Assembly (NCBI GenBank): GCA_963737155.1
Contig: CAVTRN010000001.1
Span: 768,001-832,000 of the forward strand
Length of the DNA stretch: 64,000 nucleotides
Reading direction: 5' to 3'
Source: Nitrospirota bacterium
GTDB lineage: Bacteria > Nitrospirota > UBA9217
Position numbers and translations under genes: made by a program. The notes below the pieces were generated by a model, which made no database searches, was not told where the DNA came from, and saw only the letters and a list, made by a program, of their open reading frames with translations. Position 1 is the stretch's first letter, and every line of letters begins with the position of its first letter. Shown here piece by piece: positions 58,392 to 64,000 of the stretch.

Positions 58392-58739
58392 AGTGAAATT
58401 GTTTTTACGATGACACTGCAAGGTGATTAAAAAAATCCTTGATAGTGACTCGTTGGTTTCCGTCTATTAAAGCATATCACAAATTCGAGTTTCAAACATT
58501 TAACAGAATAAACGTAATACTTAATCTGGTTTCCCGGGGAGCGATAAACTCAACGTAGGACTGAGGCCGCCTCCCAGCTCTATGTGCAAAGCCTTGTCGA
58601 GAATCAGTCCGGCGTTGTCATCGAAGCAAAAGTTTGAGTAATACTACATGTGGAATAAACTAAACAGGATAAAATCGTGATTCAAACACACTGTCGCCGG
58701 ATTGCTCGTTTCTGTAGTTCACGGAAGTTTCATTTTTAT

Positions 58740-58883
58740 AAAACAGTCCTGAAATACCCAGCAGCTTGCTGCTGGGATGAAAAGGACATCCTGGCGAAGC
58801 CAGGATAAGTCTTCAGCTTCTTTGTTGTGCTTTTTTAAGGTTTCAAGTTCCGATGCCCCGCAGCTTGCTGCGGGGTAATTCAC
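58740..58883 (+). mobile_element. 144-bp non-autonomous IS200/IS605-type element, copy 2
   Basis: Identical to 53994-54137 and also directly after TTTAT. Confidence 0.75.
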
Positions 58884-58926
58884 TGAAATTGCTCACATCG
58901 AAGTTTTCTTTCCAAAGTTCTTTACA

Positions 58927-58955
58927 TTGACATGCATTCCTAAAGAGTTTAAACT
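58927..58955 (+). promoter_or_regulatory. sigma70-type promoter upstream of the nitroreductase
   Basis: TTGACA-N17-TAAACT. Confidence 0.55.
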
Positions 58956-59086
58956 TTTGTCAAAACGCTGATGATCTCGAACTATGCTATAAGGCAGATG
59001 GACACGATTTGGCTGAAGAGACAGTTTGATACCCTGCGGGAATTGCGTCAAGAAAATAGCTGGGGTGTTCCAACAAGGAGGTGTTC

Positions 59087-59698
59087 ATGCCGCGCGTATT
59101 GATCGACATCAAAGGACAGGATTTTCGGAAGCCCGACCACGATATAGAAAGATATTTCCTGAACCGGTGGTCGCCGCGGGCAATGACTGGTGAAGAGATT
59201 ACGCGGGAGGAGCTGATGCGGATGTTCGAGGCGGCACGGTGGGCCATGTCGTCGTCCAATAACCAGCCGTGGCGGTTCCTGTTCGCCATGCGGAACACGC
59301 CGCACTGGGAAACCTTCTTCGACCTCATGGTGCCCGGTAATCAGATCTGGTGCAGGAACGCGGCGGTTTTGCTTGTCGTCGCATCGAAGACCACCTTTGA
59401 TCACAACAATAATCCTGCGCGCACCCATTCCTATGATGCCGGCGCTGCATGGTACAGCTTTGCGCTGCAGGGCGTGACGATGGGGCTCGTTGTTCACGGC
59501 ATGCAGGGGTTCGATTACGACCGGGCGAAAAGGGAGTTGGGCGTGCCCGACGATCACCAAGTCGAGGCCATGGCCGCAGTCGGTAGGCCCAGTGATATCA
59601 AGGACTTGCCCCAAGCCTTACAGGAACGGGAGAAACCCTCGCAGCGAAAAAAAGTGGAGGAGTTCACCTTCGAGGGAGGGTTCGGGACTGGTCAATAG
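59087..59698 (+). CDS. Nitroreductase family protein
   Basis: RWSPR, EAARWAMSSSNNQPWRF, HGMQGFD; SD AGGAGG. Confidence 0.92.
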   Translation: MPRVLIDIKGQDFRKPDHDIERYFLNRWSPRAMTGEEITREELMRMFEAARWAMSSSNNQPWRFLFAMRNTPHWETFFDLMVPGNQIWCRNAAVLLVVASKTTFDHNNNPARTHSYDAGAAWYSFALQGVTMGLVVHGMQGFDYDRAKRELGVPDDHQVEAMAAVGRPSDIKDLPQALQEREKPSQRKKVEEFTFEGGFGTGQ

Positions 59699-59971
59699 CG
59701 GAACGGCTATCAATTACTAACTCGCATACGTGGCAACCGTTTCCATCCTGACGCAGAATAAACGTCACTGGCTCAGGGTTTAGATAGTCAGCGGTGCGGC
59801 TGATGCTTGGCGCTGATGTGCAATTATCAATCAGTTATATATGAGTAGAGCATGAAGTTAATCTTCCCTATTTAATCATAAGGGATAGTGCACTTTCAAT
59901 CTACCCAAAATAGAAACCTCCTGCTAAGAATTAGTTTACTAGGAACTAAATTCAAGTGACAGGAGGCTTCT

Positions 59972-61242
59972 ATGAACTGCATTAATGATATCAGACTTGA
60001 GCAGTTCCATCAACTGAAGAACGAGATTCGCAGTTCTGCGGAGTATTTGGTCGTCGGTTTGGACATTGCCAAGGAGAAACACAATGCTTTCTTCGGTACA
60101 GCAAACGGTAAAACACTGCACAGGGGAATGTCCTTTGATAATACGTTAAAGGTTTTCGCAAGCTGCTTACGCAGGTAGAGGCACTCAAGACGCAATATGG
60201 TCTGCCGAAGGTGGTCTTTGGCATGGAGCCGACGGCTAATTACCATAAACCCTTGGCGGAACATCTCATAAAGTACAGCCACATGGTTGTTCTGGTATCT
60301 ATCGCATCGACAGCAAAGAACCGGGAGCTTTTGGACGGCCGATGGGACAAGCATGACACCAAGGATGCGGCGAACGTTGCTGACCTTGTCGCCCAAGGGA
60401 AATGCCTGTACTACGACTTTCCGGAAGCAGCTATACGTAATATGAGGGGCCTCCTTTCGTTCAAGAAGCGGCTCACGAAAGAAGAGCATGCACTGCAGGT
60501 CCGCATCCGCAATCAGCTGCTCGCACAGTACTTCCCGGAGATGGACCGCCATTTTCGCTCAGCAGTGAGCCTGGCCGTGATTCGGACCTGTCTTGATCCA
60601 TCGTTGATTGTTGGGATGGAATACGACGAGTTTTGCCGGACCGTAGCGCCAGGGAGGGTGAACTTTAGACAACAGAGTCTGCTCCAGCAGATCTGGCAAC
60701 TAGCTCACAAGTCTATCGGTTGTCGGGTAGATGAAACCGTATTGTTTGAAGCGCAAACGATGGTTCAGAGCCTCCACCATGTGCGGGAGACGATTAAAGC
60801 CGTTGATGATAAAACAAAGGATCTCTGTTTACCGTATCCCGAATACGCCTGTCTTTTAAGCATCCCGGGCTTTGGTCCAGATGTTTCTTCCACTGTATTG
60901 AGCGCGCTCGGCAATCCGTACTGGTTTTCCTGCAGTAAGCAGGTTCTAAAGATGGCCGGTTATGATTTGTGTGCTGATCGGAGCGGTAAAACAATATCAA
61001 ATGCCGTTCCGGTTATTTCCAAGATAGGCAAGGTTGGTCTGCGATCCGCCCTTTATCAGGCGGCGGTTATCGCTTCCAACAGCAATACTTTATTCATGGC
61101 CTATTACACCGATAAGCTTAAAGATCGAAGTTGGGAGAAAGGAATCGGAACCAAAATGCGGGTGAAGCTCGCCGCGAAACTCTTGATCGTTGCCTGGACA
61201 CTGATGAAGAAGAAAGAGGGCCTGGTTGGCCAGGGGTCATAA
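59972..61242 (+). pseudogene. Second IS110-family recombinase, frameshifted
   Basis: VGLDIAK, MEPT, KHDTKDA, SIPGFG, RSGK; frame break near 60150-60180. Confidence 0.85.
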
Positions 61243-61545
61243 ATTCAGATTCAAATATGCCATTATTTCGACTTCTGATAACTCGCGAGGTTCTTCCTTT
61301 AGTTGTTTAAGTTTATATTCTTAGCTTAATGTTTAAGCCTGTATCCGATAATATCTACCCATAAAATACATTACTTTTGTCCTTTTTCTAGCCGTATCTT
61401 TCCATATGCTTCTATGTATCGACTGATCGAGCGAATTACATGTTAACGAACGAATAGACAAATCCGGCCATTTGGAAGTTTTTAGGGCTCGATCAGAGCA
61501 GCCAGGTTCGCTATTAAATACCGCAGGAACACCCGTTTCTGCGTT

Positions 61546-61974
61546 TCAAATACAGGTAAAAGGCAACACCCTTTCTCGAGAGGCAAAGTTGAGATAGCGC
61601 GGCGACAAATAAGCATCCATAATCGTATGACTGCTAACAATACCTACGTATTTCTTGTTGTTAACAATCGGGATAATGGTATAGTTGCTGAGAAGCAGCA
61701 TCTCAATCACATCATCGCACAGTGTATTCATTTCGGCTATTGTCGGGTCCGTGCTCATGATCCTGCGCACTGTTATTTTTTCCAGGTCAAGGCCTTCTCG
61801 CATTGCGCCGAGCACATTAAATTCGGTAACGATCCCGATAACCTCCATATTTTCGTCGACAACTGGAAGCCCTGGTTGCCCGGTTGAAATTATTTTATGA
61901 GCTGCGTCTTTTACGTTCGCATCCGCTCCAACAGCAACTTTTCTTCTCATGATATGTTTAGCGCTGATAGTCAC
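61546..61974 (-). CDS. CBS-domain pair protein
   Basis: LPVVD..GIVT, IPIV..VGIVS; GTG start after AAGGAG. Confidence 0.85.
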   Translation of the reverse strand: MTISAKHIMRRKVAVGADANVKDAAHKIISTGQPGLPVVDENMEVIGIVTEFNVLGAMREGLDLEKITVRRIMSTDPTIAEMNTLCDDVIEMLLLSNYTIIPIVNNKKYVGIVSSHTIMDAYLSPRYLNFASRERVLPFTCI

Positions 61975-62660
61975 CTTTTTCTCCTTTCAATTAAATGAAT
62001 GAGAACTCCACACGTATAGATGGCCCACATTCATCTATTGGTGGCAATCACTACTGGTCGGGGTCTGTGGAGCGAAGTAGATACCCCCTTAACAAAAAAT
62101 CACTGCTGCTTAAGTAAAACTCAACTTACCGCACCGGATTGTCAAAACAGCGCGTTTTTTTTGAACAGAGTAGTGTCGATTTATTGAAAACGCTGCATTT
62201 AATACCTTTTAACTTGCTATTCCCAATAACTTAAGGGAAAAGTGAAAGAAACCAAAGGTTACTTATTGAGAAATCAAACAAAATACCCTGTGTCTGTTTG
62301 CTGCGTGTGTTCATTTATTACGTCAAACTTTTATAAATCCTGATACAAACTGTCTAATCAATAGAACGTCTCTCTGAAAATTGGTCTATATATTACATGA
62401 ATAACTTTTGTATCTTATCGGAAAATACTAAAATAACTTTAATTCTTTGGGCGAAGTCTTATGGTAAAACAAAGTAATTTCCAGGCTTGCTTTATGAGTT
62501 TGCAAAATCAACCACATTCTCGGGATTTTAAAACAGGATGCGAAGCCCAGAGAACTAAGATCAACAAGAAAAAGATAATTTCTGTGTGAATTTTTTAGTC
62601 AAACCTCTTTTTGGAAGCTGTTATAGTTGCATTTCCTTTAAACATGTCTGACTACATTCT

Positions 62661-64000
62661 GTCGCGCCAGGTCAAGCCTGGGAGAGGTGAACGACCAGAA
62701 ACCGAAACCTTTCGTAGTGATTCTGTAGGCAACCAATCCTACCTGACAAAGCCTGGTCAGCAGTCAGAAGCGAGTCTTGCATGCGCATAGGTGACTATGT
62801 GTGTGAAGCGTAGACAGCTACTGCAAAAGCCGTGTCATTGAGCCCCGAAATAGCCTTGTGAGAGTTTTCGTTTTCAGAATGACGGGAACAGCATCGATCG
62901 TGCAGTACCGACCTTACATGATCGGTCCCACCGGGGTCAAAGAGCAGGGCAAATGTAGAGAAGGGTCATCCAGGAACCTGGGAGGTCTTGCCAACTCCGT
63001 CTTTGAAACACCGGTGGGGATACGGAACGAATAACTCCAGGCCTCAAATGTCCGCGCTGAGACGTGTGAGGAGGTGCTGAAGGGCACGAAACGAAACGAT
63101 CAGCGCGAAGGACGGTATCGCCAACTGAAGGAAACGAAAGACGGCGAGATGGGAAGCAAGATGTCGTAGCGCCCTCATAGTACCGGTGAAGCAGGGGAAT
63201 GAATCCCATCGGACCCTGTCGAGGTAAGGGGGGCGTCGTATTGTAGAATCGTTGAGGGGAAAGACAGAGGATGCGATGGAATCCGGAAATACAGTCTACA
63301 CGAAACAGCAACGGATAGCAGAACTCGCGAGGATTCACCCTGATGTGAGTTTTACGTCTCTAGCCCACCATATTGATTTAGGGTGGCTCTATGAAGCATT
63401 CGGGCGAACGCGAAAGGACGGAGCACCGGGAATAGATAAGCAGACCGCAGAAGAGTATGAGAAGGAGTTGAATGCGAATTTGCGGTCACTTCTGGAACGT
63501 GCCAAGTCGGGAAAATACGTCGCGCCGCCGGTGTTGCGGGCGCATATCCCGAAAGACCCGGCGAAGAATGAAACCCGTCCTATCGGTATACCGACGTTCG
63601 AGAATAAGGTGCTTCAGAGAGCTTGGCAGATGGTGCTGGAGCCATTATACGAACAGAAATTTCTGGACTGCTCATATGGGTTCCGGACGGGGCGTTCGGC
63701 CCACGACGCGCTGCAATCGTTGTGGACGCAGATGATGGACGTAGGCGGATGTTGGATCATCGATTTGGATATTCGGAATTTTTTCGATACGATGGTTCAC
63801 GAACACATCAGGAAAATTCTCAAGAGGCGGGTGAGTGACGGAGTAATAACGAGACTCATAGGGAAGTGGTTAAGGGCCGGTGTATGGGAGGCAGGAAACA
63901 TCAGTTACCCAGAAAAGGGTACTCCTCAAGGGTCGTTATGAGAAGCTTCTCATAAGCCGCCTTATCAGAAGTAATATGTTATCCGAAGTAAACACTGTAA
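62661..64000 (+). mobile_element. Group II intron, 5' part (start approximate; 3' end not in window)
   Basis: Domain I-like motifs GAAGCGAGTCTTGC, GAAGCGTAGACAG, TTGAGCCCCGAAA, GGAACCTGGGAG and ATAGTACCGGTGAAG before the RT ORF. Confidence 0.8.
63276..63941 (+). pseudogene. ltrA: Group II intron reverse transcriptase/maturase, interrupted after GTPQG
   Basis: APGID, RPIGIP, SYGFR.GRS, DIRNFFD, GTPQG then a stop; YADD absent. Confidence 0.88.

Overview
Bacterial chromosome near the replication origin; gene content suggests a Nitrospirota- or Desulfobacterota-like anaerobe (inference). Bases 1-20.0 kb are intact core genes: dnaA (5'-truncated), dnaN, gyrB, gyrA, TPR lipoprotein, serS, four tRNA-Ser, tRNA-Arg(ACG) with tadA, ffs, dnaX-ybaB-recR, four-subunit porCDAB, mglBA and tRNA-Asn. 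Downstream of tRNA-Asn lie 44 kb of accessory, heavily decayed DNA. This includes a defence-like islet bounded by a degenerate copy of the tRNA-Asn 3' end, a redox and copper block (Prx, DsbA, CopC, CusCBA with sigma54 promoters and an NtrC-type two-component system), two IS1634 and one IS21 with visible target duplications, two broken IS110, two identical 144-bp IS200/IS605-type miniature elements, and a group II intron whose RT stops at the PQG motif. The strongest hidden signal is a DedA-rhodanese fusion with an in-frame UGA in YCT*PNE followed by a SECIS-like hairpin, a candidate membrane selenoprotein that the ORF track truncates.
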